DNA of 64,000 nucleotides from the NCBI GenBank assembly GCA_963828525.1, contig CAWHEP010000005.1, forward strand, positions 128,001 through 192,000. Reading direction: 5' to 3'. The notes under the pieces were generated by a model that was not told where the DNA came from, ran no database searches, and saw only the letters and a program-made list of their open reading frames with translations. This DNA is from an uncultured Verrucomicrobiae bacterium. GTDB lineage: Bacteria; Verrucomicrobiota; Verrucomicrobiia; Chthoniobacterales; Chthoniobacteraceae. The translations under genes were made by a program, and so were the position numbers. Positions within the stretch are counted from its first letter, which is position 1; each line of letters begins with the position of its first letter. This document shows, piece by piece, positions 37,245-46,831 of this stretch.

Positions 37245-37327
37245 ACCGGTCTCCTGATAAGATTCAAGCCGTCAATGTTAATGCGCCCGTCCGCGCAAGG
37301 TCAAGGGTTTCAAAGCCGGTGGAGACA

Positions 37328-38341
37328 ATGCCCAAACACGCGCCATCCATCCCCATCTCCGTCCTCGATCTCTCCCCAATCCTTAAAGACGGCTCTGCTG
37401 CCGATGCTTTTCGGAATACTCTCGATCTCGCCCGGCATGCCGAGAGATGGGGATACAAGCGTTACTGGCTCGCGGAGCATCATAACATGCCCGGCATTGC
37501 CAGCGCGGCGACCGCTGTGGTGCTGGCATACGTAGCGGGCGGCACCTCGGCGATCCGTGTTGGGGCCGGTGGCGTCATGCTGCCAAACCACTCTCCGCTG
37601 GTCATTGCGGAACAATTTGGCACTCTGGAATCCCTCTACCCTGGGCGGCTTGATCTCGGGCTTGGTCGCGCGCCCGGAACCGATCAGCAGACAATGCGCG
37701 CGCTTCGCCGGGGCCGCGGTGACAGCGTCGATCAATTCCCAGGCGATGTGATGGAGCTGCGGGCTTATTTCAGTGCCGTTGTCCCTGGCCAGAGTGTCCG
37801 AGCCATCCCCGGCGCGGGACTCGAGGTCCCCATTTGGTTGTTGGGGTCGAGTCTTTACAGCGCGCGCCTCGCCGCCGCCCTTGGCTTGCCGTACGCCTTC
37901 GCCAGCCACTTCGCGCCTGACGATCTTGCGGATGCTCTCGCGATCTATCGAAACGAGTTTCGACCATCGGATGCTTTGTCGCGCCCGTACGCTATGGCTT
38001 GCGTCGGTGTCTTCGCCGCTGACTCCGACATGGAAGCCGAGCGAATCTTTACCTCCGTCCAACAGCAATTCATTGATCTTCGCCGGGGCCATCCCGGACC
38101 GCTCAACCCGCCCCTTTATTCAACCGCTGGCCTCTGGCCGGATCCGCAGTTAAGCGGCGTTAGGCGGGCACTGCGTGAATCAGTCGTCGGTTCGTCGGAG
38201 ACAGTGCGCCGCGGCATTGAAGCTTTCATCCAACGAACGGAGGTGGACGAACTCATGGTGACTGGGCAGATATTCGATCACGCGGCTCGGCTGCGTTCCT
38301 TCGAGATCGTCGCGCAAGTGGCCATCGGCGCTACGGGTTGA
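37328..38341 (+). CDS. LLM-class (luciferase-like) flavin-dependent oxidoreductase
   Basis: [26 protein letters not shown]. Confidence 0.92.
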   Translation: MPKHAPSIPISVLDLSPILKDGSAADAFRNTLDLARHAERWGYKRYWLAEHHNMPGIASAATAVVLAYVAGGTSAIRVGAGGVMLPNHSPLVIAEQFGTLESLYPGRLDLGLGRAPGTDQQTMRALRRGRGDSVDQFPGDVMELRAYFSAVVPGQSVRAIPGAGLEVPIWLLGSSLYSARLAAALGLPYAFASHFAPDDLADALAIYRNEFRPSDALSRPYAMACVGVFAADSDMEAERIFTSVQQQFIDLRRGHPGPLNPPLYSTAGLWPDPQLSGVRRALRESVVGSSETVRRGIEAFIQRTEVDELMVTGQIFDHAARLRSFEIVAQVAIGATG

Positions 38342-38345
38342 GTCC

Positions 38346-39254
38346 TTACAACCTCATTTTGCCGAGCGCGTATAGTCCAACGCCTGTGAACAGTAACCCC
38401 ATCGCGAGCGCTGCAAATATGCTCCACAGCGGCCCTCGCTGCAGGATTGCATCCCAAGGAGCTCGGGGATTGTAGTAAAGCGTGAGCGTGGGCAGCGCCC
38501 GCAATCGGGCTAAATCGCGTTCGACGCTCGCCTTGCTCTTCGCAACGAAAGCCGGAATCGCCGTGAGCTGTCTCGATCGATATGTCGTGCCGCCCACGTT
38601 GTAATCGAACAGCGCGCTGGACGTATACCCTCCGCCTCCGTCGCTCCCTCCCGAGTAGGAGACCTCCGCAGCCAAAAGGCGCCCGGATATGGGCAGGAAG
38701 CTGCCTGTCGCTAGATGGCGCCTCAAGCAAGACGTGCCGTATAGGAAAATTCCTGCGCCACTCGCCAGCAACCCGAGACTCCATAGGTGCCCCAGATGAG
38801 CCTCCAGCCATGTGGTCCTCCAGTGGAGCGCGTAAAGGGAGGCGCAAATAGCGAAGAGGATGACGCAATTCCAGCCAGCCCATGGAGGCGCGCCAACAAC
38901 CAGTGCGGCGTCAGCGGGCTTGCGAGGATCATAATAGGCTCGCGCCGTCGATCCCGGCACAAACTTCAGCGAACCGCCCGAATTCAGATAGACCTTCTTC
39001 TGCGCCCTCAGGTTTTTGCCCTCGCCGGAAAGCGGACCCGGAACGATCGACGTGCCTGTCAGCAGTTGGACGCCTGCTTTGTATTCGTATTCCACTTCGG
39101 CGAATCCGTAGCTAACGCCAAACCACTTGATTCTAGCTGTGGTTTCTACCCAGGTGGACTTGCTTCTTCGTCCGCGGGAAATGTTTGCCAAGAGCCCCCA
39201 TCCGACAATCCCCGCGGCAAACAGGCCGAAAAAGCTGAGAGCGATAAATCCCAT
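38346..39254 (-). CDS. Membrane protein with two DUF3592-like repeats
   Basis: Two units of TM + Y.Y..G + YY[DN]P..P.DA.L. Confidence 0.7.
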   Translation of the reverse strand: MGFIALSFFGLFAAGIVGWGLLANISRGRRSKSTWVETTARIKWFGVSYGFAEVEYEYKAGVQLLTGTSIVPGPLSGEGKNLRAQKKVYLNSGGSLKFVPGSTARAYYDPRKPADAALVVGAPPWAGWNCVILFAICASLYALHWRTTWLEAHLGHLWSLGLLASGAGIFLYGTSCLRRHLATGSFLPISGRLLAAEVSYSGGSDGGGGYTSSALFDYNVGGTTYRSRQLTAIPAFVAKSKASVERDLARLRALPTLTLYYNPRAPWDAILQRGPLWSIFAALAMGLLFTGVGLYALGKMRL

Positions 39255-39300
39255 CGCCTCCCAAGACTATTCATTTTTCGCCTCCCAGCTTCATATATGT

Positions 39301-39951
39301 TCACGCCGCGACGCCTGTCGAGTCCAGCACCTCCCGCACCTTCCGCGCAAGAGCGCCCGGCGAGAACGGCTTCTGTAGAAATGCATTTGTTCCGGCGTTC
39401 CGGTCCGAAAAAGAGGCATCCGCGCGCGACGAAGTGAAAAGGACTCGGACTTCAGGATGCAGGCCCCTCACATGATCCGAAAGGGGCTCGCCGCCTGCAG
39501 TCGCTGTCTCGGGCTCGGAATTGCCGCGAGAGTCACCCGTTTCCATGTCCGACAGCAGCAGTTCACTTTGACCGATGATGGCAGTCATGATGCTGTTGAA
39601 CTCGTGGGCCACACCGCCCGCGAGTTTGCCTACAGCTTCCATATTTTGGGATCTATACAGCTTGGCCTCCAGCCGCTTGCGCATCGTTATATCACGCTGG
39701 ATGGCCACGAAGTGCGTGATCGCTCCGCTGCTGCGCACCGGAGCTACCTGCCACTCAAAGTCGAACTCCCTTCCGTCTTTTCGGTAATTGATCGCCTCTC
39801 CTTCAAATACTTCTCCGGCCTGCAGAGCTCTCCTCAGTCTCTTTAACACATTCTTGTCCGTGAGCGGGCCCTGCAATATCCTGGGTGTCTTGCCTATGGA
39901 CTCTTCAGCAGTATAGCCGGTCATTTTAGAGTAGGCGGGGTTCACGAACAG
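39301..39951 (-). pseudogene. Remnant of a PAS-histidine kinase-receiver hybrid (5' truncated, internally deleted)
   Basis: PAS/PAC (NYRKDG..VAIQRDIT), HisKA (LAGGVAHEFN), then a jump to a REC C-terminus (FLQKPFS); no HATPase domain and no native start. Confidence 0.8.
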
Positions 39952-39977
39952 GTTCGCTCCATCGCATGGTTTAGGCG
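39951..39977 (-). repeat. Half attC site (R''/L'' arm only), distal end of array A
   Basis: ggttcgctccatcgcatggtttaggc matches the arm seen in the other attC sites. Confidence 0.65.
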
Positions 39978-40016
39978 ACGTTGGTTAAATGCAAGAGATA
40001 TACTTCACAAGAGTCC

Positions 40017-40292
40017 TCATTGGCGCTTGGCGGGTGGAATCAGATGCTTGTGCGCGGCGCACTCTGGGCAAAGACAAAAAAGCGTGCTTAAACCATGGGG
40101 CAGATTAGGAGCGACATACCACCCGGCGCGCCATGCTTCATCAGCAGCGTCGTGAAACCATTGCCAGTCTGCATCGGCGGGATACGGCGGATCAAGGTCG
40201 AGGTAACGGCGACAGCGATGACAGTCGAACAGCAGGAACATAAACGCGTAGCAGCGATACGGCTCGTGAATGTCGAACTCTGCTTCGGTCAT
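40017..40292 (-). CDS. Cassette: small Cys-rich hypothetical protein
   Basis: ORF between attC sites; CHRC and CLCPEC motifs. Confidence 0.65.
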   Translation of the reverse strand: MTEAEFDIHEPYRCYAFMFLLFDCHRCRRYLDLDPPYPADADWQWFHDAADEAWRAGWYVAPNLPHGLSTLFCLCPECAAHKHLIPPAKRQ

Positions 40293-40324
40293 CGGTGTCG
40301 TTCTCAAAGCGTGTATGCGAAGTC

Positions 40325-40443
40325 GCCAAACGACCCCAGGCTGCGACCGCAGAGGGCGGCGCGGTACCTGAATGGTGGGCGGAGAGGTGGCGGTGGATGC
40401 AGGAGCCGTGACGCGTAGCCTGTTAGCTGCATCGCACGGTTAG
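40325..40443 (-). repeat. attC site; R'' interrupted by an IS110 left-end remnant (40444-40466)
   Basis: gccaaac...ggttag|cgcccgaaaaagtgaagcttttg. Confidence 0.8.
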
Positions 40444-40475
40444 CGCCCGAAAAAGTGAAGCTTTTGGGAGACCGC

Positions 40476-40772
40476 TCAGAACGTCGGTTCCTCACGGGCA
40501 CCGTGCCAGACGTGAAGAATCTCAACGCTACGGGGCGACTCAGACACATCGTAGAAGATGCGGTAAGAACGGAAAACAATCTCACGCAAGGAACCTCGGG
40601 AACCTCGCGGATACGTTGGGCCGATAAACGGGAACGACGCGAGAATGCGAACGTGGTCGAGGATTCCTCGCCCTATCCGTCCAGCGGCTTGCGGGTCGTC
40701 GCGGGCGATGTAGGAGGAGATGTCATGGAGGTCTGCAATCGCCGTGTCGGACCAGATTACCTTGAAGTCCAT
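40476..40772 (-). CDS. Cassette: RelE/ParE-family toxin
   Basis: KVIWSDTAIADL...YRIFY...VEILHVWHGAR. Confidence 0.9.
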   Translation of the reverse strand: MDFKVIWSDTAIADLHDISSYIARDDPQAAGRIGRGILDHVRILASFPFIGPTYPRGSRGSLREIVFRSYRIFYDVSESPRSVEILHVWHGAREEPTF

Positions 40773-40954
40773 GCGGTTGCCCAGGAATCAACGAGTTGCT
40801 CGACCTCCTCATGGCTCTTGGAGCGGCCAGCGGTGATGTCGGCGCGTCCACGCCGGATGGAGGCCATGATGTGCAACTCCTCAGTAATCTCTTCGAGCGA
40901 GGCGACTTCCGGAAGCCTGTTCAGGGCGTCAATTACGGCTTGCTTGTCGGTCAT
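40757..40954 (-). CDS. Cassette: cognate antitoxin
   Basis: 65 aa, overlaps the toxin start; GRADITAGRSKSHEEV motif. Confidence 0.8.
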   Translation of the reverse strand: MTDKQAVIDALNRLPEVASLEEITEELHIMASIRRGRADITAGRSKSHEEVEQLVDSWATAWTSR

Positions 40955-41001
40955 GGAAAAGATTACCGTTTTGCGGTTCCGAACGCAAGTGACGCGTAGA
41001 A

Positions 41002-41090
41002 GACCTAACGGCCCAAGCTCCGCGAAACGCCTAACGACCCAAGCTCAGCGACCCCGGAGTGCGGCGCGGCACCTGCATGGTGGGCGGAAA
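41002..41090 (-). repeat. Two partial attC ends (a short R' stub plus a truncated attC)
   Basis: acctaacggcccaagctc followed by gcctaacgacccaagctcagcgacc; similar to the attC at 40325. Confidence 0.65.
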
Positions 41091-41116
41091 GGTTGATTGA
41101 GGAACCTATTTTTTTA

Positions 41117-41171
41117 ACTAAATATGCAACTTGTTCCTGCCTGACACTTTCCACGTTCTGTTATTCAGGAG
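41117..41171 (+). mobile_element. Solo IS110 right-end remnant
   Basis: actaaatatgcaacttgttcctgcc...ttattcaggag, matching the end of the full element. Confidence 0.85.
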
Positions 41172-41473
41172 GAGGCGCTTTTGCGTCGTAACCGCCGTCG
41201 AATCCACGTCGGATTGCGGCGACAGTCAATGACGGCGCGGACACGAATGACATCTGTCTCGACGCGGTAATAGATCGCGAAAGGAAACCGGCTGGCGACA
41301 CATCGGGGCGAGCCATAGACGATGCGGTGAATGCCAGCGTAGAGAAGCAAAGAGCCGATGTCGGCGAAAAGGGAATCGAGGAAATAGGAACCGAGTCCTG
41401 GCGACTGCTCCTCGTAGAAGTGAAAGCCGTCAACCAGATCATCCTTCGCGTCGTCAAGAACCTCGATCCTCAT
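41165..41473 (-). CDS. Cassette: RelE/ParE-family toxin
   Basis: FYEEQSPGLG...RFPFAIYY...AVIDCRRNP. Confidence 0.88.
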   Translation of the reverse strand: MRIEVLDDAKDDLVDGFHFYEEQSPGLGSYFLDSLFADIGSLLLYAGIHRIVYGSPRCVASRFPFAIYYRVETDVIRVRAVIDCRRNPTWIRRRLRRKSASS

Positions 41474-41688
41474 GACACCCGCTTGCGGATGTCGGCCTTG
41501 GCCTCCTCCCAGTCAAAAAAACGCGCCTCGCCTGAGGCGATACGGCGCTCGCGCTCATCCAGCACATCGCGGTGCCACTCGGGAGACTCGAGCGCATCGG
41601 CGTTGCGGCTCAGGTCTTCCCAAAGCGCTTCCATGAGTTGCAGTTTCTCTGAAACGGTCATGTCATTTAGTGGCAGTGTCACGGGCAT
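41470..41688 (-). CDS. Cassette: addiction-module antitoxin component
   Basis: EKLQLMEALWEDL...PEWHRDVLDER...WEEAK. Confidence 0.88.
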   Translation of the reverse strand: MPVTLPLNDMTVSEKLQLMEALWEDLSRNADALESPEWHRDVLDERERRIASGEARFFDWEEAKADIRKRVS

Positions 41689-41732
41689 GGGAAAACGATA
41701 GCGGAAATCGAATGCAAGGCGAGCCTTTTAGC

Positions 41733-41862
41733 CCCCAACGACATCAAGCTCAGCGACGGCGGAGGGCGGCTCAGACTGCGCGGAAAGGCGGCGGGGGCAG
41801 GTCTGCGGGTCTGAGGCACAGGCCGTGACGTGCGGAGCCGGTTAGCTCCATCGCATGGTTAG
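41733..41862 (-). repeat. attC site; R'' interrupted by an IS110 left-end remnant (41863-41904)
   Basis: ccccaac...catggttag|cacccgaaacagtgaagcttttgacggcgcgtgagtaacaggg. Confidence 0.8.
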
Positions 41863-41904
41863 CACCCGAAACAGTGAAGCTTTTGACGGCGCGTGAGTAA
41901 CAGG

Positions 41905-42010
41905 GCTCGGTCCGGATGGTGACGTCTCCGAAACGGAGGAGCCACGAATAATCCTTCTTCTCCAGTGCGTGCAAGAATTTGCCAACAAGCGGATCGACTA
42001 GCGAAGACAT
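41905..42010 (-). pseudogene. Cassette ORF truncated at the IS110 left-end remnant
   Basis: MSSLVDPLVGK... runs into IS sequence after about 35 codons. Confidence 0.55.
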
Positions 42011-42018
42011 GTTTAGTC

Positions 42019-42077
42019 GTCTAACGTATAAGATGCAGCGACGCCCGAAGGGCGTTCGTTGCATCGCCTAGTTAGAC
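42019..42077 (-). repeat. attC site (59 bp)
   Basis: gtctaac...gatgcagcgacgcccgaagggcgttcgttgcatc...gttagac imperfect palindrome. Confidence 0.9.
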
Positions 42078-42084
42078 TCAATTT

Positions 42085-42312
42085 TCATTTTGTGAATATG
42101 ACTACCGGGTAGCTAAATGATTTAAACTTCCATCCATCCGCAGCAAGCTTGTTGAGTATGGCCTCGTTATCGACTCCAGTATCTGTAACATATACTATCT
42201 TAAATTTGTCTGATATTGTTTTAGCTGGTGTGTCTGCATAGGAATGCTGAGACGAAAACAGCATCAACGCAGCCATACAAATAATTGCAGTTAGAGTTAG
42301 TTTTATATTCAT
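42085..42312 (-). CDS. Cassette: small secreted protein, low GC
   Basis: Signal peptide; LNKLAADGWKF; AT-rich. Confidence 0.7.
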   Translation of the reverse strand: MNIKLTLTAIICMAALMLFSSQHSYADTPAKTISDKFKIVYVTDTGVDNEAILNKLAADGWKFKSFSYPVVIFTK

Positions 42313-42431
42313 ATTTGGGTTTTAATTGAATCGCGTATTTTCATGTGAGTCTGACGAGAACAAGATCAGCTACAGGCGGAGCCCGGCGCGGTAGCTCCCA
42401 CGGCGGGTCTGCGGGGAGCAGCTACCGTGAC

Positions 42432-43376
42432 GGCGGAGCGGCTGAGCGAGCAGCGGCGTCGACCCCGTTCAGGAGACTGACTCATTTTGTTCGGCGGCTG
42501 CCCCGTCATGCGCACTCAAGAATAGAACCAAATACCATGAGCCAACACAAACGAGAAAACTGCAAACGAAACAAGGCGGCAGCCGCCGCCACGCAGGGGG
42601 CGCTGGGCGCTGCCGTCCATCCCCACGCCGCCCGGGCTGTTGCGCGGCAGCTTCCGCCCGAAGAAGGAGATCCTCCCGCTGCGTTATCTCATGCGGCACC
42701 GTCACGACCTGATCGCGCAGGCTCGGCCTGTGCCCCGACAATCGGATCAGCGGCGGACGCATCCTCAAAGCTGGCACGCGCAAAGTCAGCAACCGTATCG
42801 CCAATATCCTGCGTATGGCCGCCAACGCGCTCGGGCGCGCCGACGGTCCGATGGGAGACTATGTCCGCCGTTTCAAGGGACGACTCGGCAAAGCCGAGGG
42901 CATCGTGGCGGGCGCGCCCACAAACTCGCCCGGATCATCCAGGAGACTGTTGAAGAACTGGGGCATGTCGCGCGAGAGCAATTTGGGGCGTATGGCAAGG
43001 CGCGAGCGACGCGCATACCCGCTGCGGTCTGTAAGGAGCGAGCAACACCGCCAGACGCCCCAATGTGCTCTCGCCCTTCGGGTTGCGCCGATTTTTGAGT
43101 TGCGCGGCGTTGCTCGTCAGTCACAGACCCCAGCGGGTATGCTCCCCTCCTCACGCCTTGCACAACTCAATAATCGGAAGCAACGCGACATGTCCCAGTT
43201 CTTCAACAGTCTCCTCGGCCATGATCGTTTCCGGCCAGCCCTACGATGAAAAAAAAGCTTCTCAAACCAGCCCCGCCAGCGCCGCGCGCCGCCTCAAACA
43301 CCTGCAAAACCAAGCCAAAGCACTAAATATGCAACTTGTTCCTGCCTAACAACTTCCACGTTCTGTTATTCAGGAG
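42432..43376 (+). mobile_element. Degenerate IS110 copy (left end lost, two internal transposase deletions, nested MITE)
   Basis: Near-identical blocks to 48470-50491; fused to an attC remnant at 42348-42431; right junction tcaggag|gcg. Confidence 0.88.
42943..43213. mobile_element. MITE copy 1 (271 bp)
   Basis: TIRs GAGACTGTTGAAGAACTGGGGCATGTCGCG / CGCGACATGTCCCAGTTCTTCAACAGTCTC. Confidence 0.85.
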
Positions 43377-43390
43377 GCGTTCGCGTGGCT

Positions 43391-44017
43391 TCAGTGAAAG
43401 CGTTCAAGTCCATCCCATGATGAGCGGGTAGGCTCACGAAGTCGAGGATCAGCGAGGCCAACCTCCTCAAGCGTGTAATGCCAACGTGCGCAGTTGCAGG
43501 GCTGACAAACGATAATCGTGTTGTCGAGGCTGCTGGTTCCGCCGCGTGAGTGAGGTAGAACATGATCAGGCACTGCGTCCATGAGCTGAAAGGCTGTGTG
43601 CTGCTCGACGTTCTTCCCGCCCCAGCGCAGTGCATCAGGATAAGCTTTGCGAATGCGCTTTCTGACTTCCTTGCGGATCACTGGTACGCCGCACACCCTG
43701 CAATGATAACCGTCGCGCTGGAACAGCGCGACTTCCTGCGCTGGCGTCGGCATCCGCTCTTTTGAGTCGCGTGCATTAACGGAGTGCGCCGGCGCGTCAG
43801 CGACGGCGCGATACTGCACATGAGGGCTCTTTGCGCCCCAAAGCGACTCAGTGTAGGCGCGGAGCACAGGCATATCCGCAAGGCGGATAAGCTGCTCGGC
43901 GACATCTCGGCTGCCCATCAGGTGCGCGGTAACCCCCGCGTCGAGAAGGCGCGCCGCATCCGCAATCTCACGGATCGGCTCCCGGAATCGTTGACGGTCG
44001 ACTGCGAGTGGCTGCAT
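43391..44017 (-). CDS. Cassette: HNH endonuclease
   Basis: RDGYHCRVCG...DHVLPHSRGG...NTIIVCQPCN. Confidence 0.9.
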   Translation of the reverse strand: MQPLAVDRQRFREPIREIADAARLLDAGVTAHLMGSRDVAEQLIRLADMPVLRAYTESLWGAKSPHVQYRAVADAPAHSVNARDSKERMPTPAQEVALFQRDGYHCRVCGVPVIRKEVRKRIRKAYPDALRWGGKNVEQHTAFQLMDAVPDHVLPHSRGGTSSLDNTIIVCQPCNCARWHYTLEEVGLADPRLREPTRSSWDGLERFH

Positions 44018-44020
44018 AAC

Positions 44021-44123
44021 GCCTAACGCCTCCAAGCTCAGCGACGGGCCATGGCGAGGTCAAGCGTCGAACCCGGAAAAAGCTCAGCCGCCATGGCCCG
44101 TTCGCTGGAGCGCGTTGTTAGGC
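44021..44123 (-). repeat. attC site
   Basis: gcctaac...gttaggc with an internal palindrome. Confidence 0.9.
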
Positions 44124-44651
44124 GCAGTGGGTGCCTTCGCCTCTCGGACCCATGCGGGAATGGTGTGCAAAGCTGGTGTGACGGTATCAATGATCCGCCG
44201 GGCTTCTGCATCCTCTGGCTTGTTGGTCTCCACACCCAGAAGCCGCCCTTCTGAGGCTTGCCTTTGTTCGTCCCTCGTGGCTCCATCGTGCGACTCGAAA
44301 GCAAAGTGGTCGCTGCTGACCTGATCGACTTGGTACACCAGCCGCCTGCCGACAAACTTCTGGAAGAACGCAGATGTGCTCCCGGCGAGTGTCTCGGAGT
44401 ATCGCTTGCCATGCAGCTTCCAGCGACCCCAAGCAACCACAATCTCGGCCCCCTTGGACGGATCAAAATCGAGGGCGAAATACTGCTTCTCGGCAAAACG
44501 ACCATCGGCGAAACGGTCGATGATCCAGTACCCGGTCGGTGCAGTATCCGAACGCCAGCGACCTACCAACAAATCGCTTTGGCCCGCCAGCGCCGGGTCC
44601 TGCGGCAAACACTATCAGGAAAACCACAAAGAATTGATGAACGCGGTTCAT
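44120..44651 (-). CDS. Cassette: exported hypothetical protein (frameshifted, ends approximate)
   Basis: Signal peptide; LLVGRW...GRWKL lipocalin-like pattern. Confidence 0.55.
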
Positions 44652-44659
44652 GATTCAGC

Positions 44660-44761
44660 GCCTAACGAACTCAAGCTCAGCGACGGAGGCTGGCGACGCA
44701 AGGCGTGGAATACAAGAAAAGCCCCCCGCCAGCCTCCGTTCGCTGGAGCGCGTTGTTAGGC
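44660..44761 (-). repeat. attC site
   Basis: gcctaac...gttaggc; near-identical to 55031-55133. Confidence 0.9.
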
Positions 44762-45055
44762 GACCTTGCGCCAACGGGCACACGTCTGAGGCTCCCCAAA
44801 GATGTTCGGGGAACCCACTGCATCCTCGATCTGCGTGACCAGGTCTGGATGCCGCTGTAACTGTGCGGAAAGGATGGCGTGGACTTGGCGGAAAGGCTCG
44901 CCAGACCTGTAGCTGTGCAGAGCCTCGACGTAATCGACCTGATGCTGCTGGGCGAGACGCAGGATGAACTCGTGGCTCGAAAACTCGTCACTGAGTATCT
45001 GAGCGATGATCTCGGGATAGTGACTGTACAGTGCTTGTAGGTCGTGGAGTGCCAT
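44756..45055 (-). CDS. Cassette: hypothetical protein
   Basis: 99-aa ORF whose stop codon lies in the attC R'' box. Confidence 0.75.
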   Translation of the reverse strand: MALHDLQALYSHYPEIIAQILSDEFSSHEFILRLAQQHQVDYVEALHSYRSGEPFRQVHAILSAQLQRHPDLVTQIEDAVGSPNIFGEPQTCARWRKVA

Positions 45056-45098
45056 AATGAGGGTTGGAGTGAATGAATTGGATGAAACGCGTCCGGTC

Positions 45099-45227
45099 GC
45101 CTAACGAGACCAAGATAAGCTACGGCCACTGGGACAAAGACAAGACCGCAGTGAAAGGCAACTAGCGCCCAGAAAAGCATCTCCAAGGCGCACCGCAGTG
45201 GCCGTTAGCTTCATCGTTTGGTTAGGC
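45099..45227 (-). repeat. attC site
   Basis: gcctaac...gttaggc with a long inverted repeat. Confidence 0.9.
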
Positions 45228-45299
45228 GCAGCGGCGGATAACATGAAAAGCGTAGAACTAGAATGACTAAATGCGTGGATCGCGAAGGGTGCATCCAAA

Positions 45300-45611
45300 C
45301 TATCTCTTCCGCAAATTGTCGTTGGCGTTTTTGGTGAGCAAAAAGAAAACCGTGAAAACGCTGAAGAACAAGCCGAGGAAAAACCAGAGCCATGCGCTGC
45401 GTCCGGTGTTCTGCGCCCAGAGCGCGCAAAAGGCACCGAATAGAATCAAAACCAAGCCGGTATCGCCAGCGTCTTTAACGTCATGGTCCAGCTTGGCCAT
45501 GTGCTGCTCTAGCTGTGAGATGCGGTAGCTATCGGTCTGTTGTGCTGGTGCGACCCTCGTAATGCAGGTGAGCAACAAGGCGATGATAAGAAAGAGCCGG
45601 GTGGGTTTCAT
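45300..45611 (-). CDS. Cassette (first in array A): small membrane protein
   Basis: Signal peptide plus two TM helices, GRSAWLWFFLG. Confidence 0.75.
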   Translation of the reverse strand: MKPTRLFLIIALLLTCITRVAPAQQTDSYRISQLEQHMAKLDHDVKDAGDTGLVLILFGAFCALWAQNTGRSAWLWFFLGLFFSVFTVFFLLTKNANDNLRKR

Positions 45612-45629
45612 AAACGATGTGGTAGCGGC

Positions 45630-45665
45630 GCCTAACAAGATTTAGGCGAAAGTCCGTTTCGTCTA
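45630..45665 (-). other. attI site of integron A
   Basis: Minus strand CGCCTAAATCTT-GTTAGGC upstream of intI; similarity among the three platforms ends at the GTT. Confidence 0.8.
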
Positions 45666-45742
45666 TTTCTCCAGGTAATTCTGTAAGCATTGCATTTCGG
45701 CTGGCAGTCAGGAATGCGTCGTGGTAAAGCGAAGACACGCCG

Positions 45743-46723
45743 ATGATGCTCCCATATCAAAACGAAGCTCACAAGCCGAAACTTCTCGACCGGGTTCGGG
45801 AGTTGATGCGCCTCAAGCATTACAGCCTGCGCACCGAAAAGACATACGGAGAATGGATTCGCCGTTACATCCTCTACCACGGCAGGCGGCATCCTCGCGA
45901 GATGGGCGCGGAGGAGGTCACCGCGTTTCTGACCCATCTCGCCGCTGAGAGGGATGTCGCGGCCTCGACGCAAAACCAGGCGCTCAGCGCCCTGCTGTTT
46001 CTCTACGGCGAGGTCCTCGATGTGAAGCTGCCCTGGCTGGGTGAAATCCAACGGGTAACCCGCCCCGCCAGGCTGCCGGTGGTCCTGACCCGGGAAGAAG
46101 CCAGGAGCGTCCTCGCGTGCCTTCGGGGCGAATACCGGCTGATGGCCGACCTGCTCTACGGGAGCGGGTTGCGGCTCCTGGAGTGTCTGCGGCTGCGAGT
46201 GAAGGATGTGGATTTTGGCTATCTGCAAATCACGGTGCGTGAGGGGAAAGGGGGCAAGGACCGCGTGACCGTGCTGCCCGTCAGCCTGGCGCCAGCGATT
46301 CGCGAGCATCTGGAGGCGGTGAAAAAGCTGCACGCGGCCGATCTGGCCGCCGGGTTTGGCCGGGTGATGCTGCCCGAGGCGCTGGAGCGCAAATATCCGA
46401 AGGCTCCGCGGGAATGGGCCTGGCAATGGGTGTTTCCGGCAGCCCAGCTTTCCACCGATCCCGTGACGGGAATCAAGCGGCGGCATCATGCGCTGGAAAA
46501 GAACCTCCAGAATGCTGTGAAAGCGGCCGCGCGAAAGTCGGGCATCGCAAAGCATGTGACGCCGCACGTCTTCCGGCACAGCTTTGCCACGCATCTGCTG
46601 GAGGCGGGCTATGACATCCGCACCGTGCAGGAACTGCTTGGGCATAAAGAGGTGAGCACCACGATGATCTACACGCACGTCTTGAACCGCCCTGGCCTGG
46701 CGGTGCGCTCGCCGCTGGATTAA
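45743..46723 (+). CDS. intI: Integron integrase A
   Basis: Tyrosine recombinase R..H.FRH..H..Y motifs plus the IntI-specific insertion [24 protein letters not shown]. Confidence 0.97.
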   Translation: MMLPYQNEAHKPKLLDRVRELMRLKHYSLRTEKTYGEWIRRYILYHGRRHPREMGAEEVTAFLTHLAAERDVAASTQNQALSALLFLYGEVLDVKLPWLGEIQRVTRPARLPVVLTREEARSVLACLRGEYRLMADLLYGSGLRLLECLRLRVKDVDFGYLQITVREGKGGKDRVTVLPVSLAPAIREHLEAVKKLHAADLAAGFGRVMLPEALERKYPKAPREWAWQWVFPAAQLSTDPVTGIKRRHHALEKNLQNAVKAAARKSGIAKHVTPHVFRHSFATHLLEAGYDIRTVQELLGHKEVSTTMIYTHVLNRPGLAVRSPLD

Positions 46724-46761
46724 AAACGCGTGGCCGGTTGATTGAGGAGTCTGTCTTTGCA

Positions 46762-46825
46762 ACTAAATATACTAAATATGCAACTTGTTCCTGCCTGACA
46801 CTTTCCACGTTCTGTTATTCAGGAG
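46762..46825 (+). mobile_element. Solo IS110 right-end remnant
   Basis: actaaatat duplicated in tandem, then gcaacttgttcctgcctgac...ttattcaggag. Confidence 0.85.
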
Positions 46826-46831
46826 GAGCTT

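Noticed and set aside
45650..45745. LexA box upstream of intI
   Set aside because: No CTGT-N8-ACAG or TGTTC-N4-GAACA palindrome seen
45632..46762. Long antisense ORFs over intI, the IS110 and GH genes, and ORFs reading through attC sites
   Set aside because: Typical shadow ORFs of GC-rich DNA with no recognisable motifs
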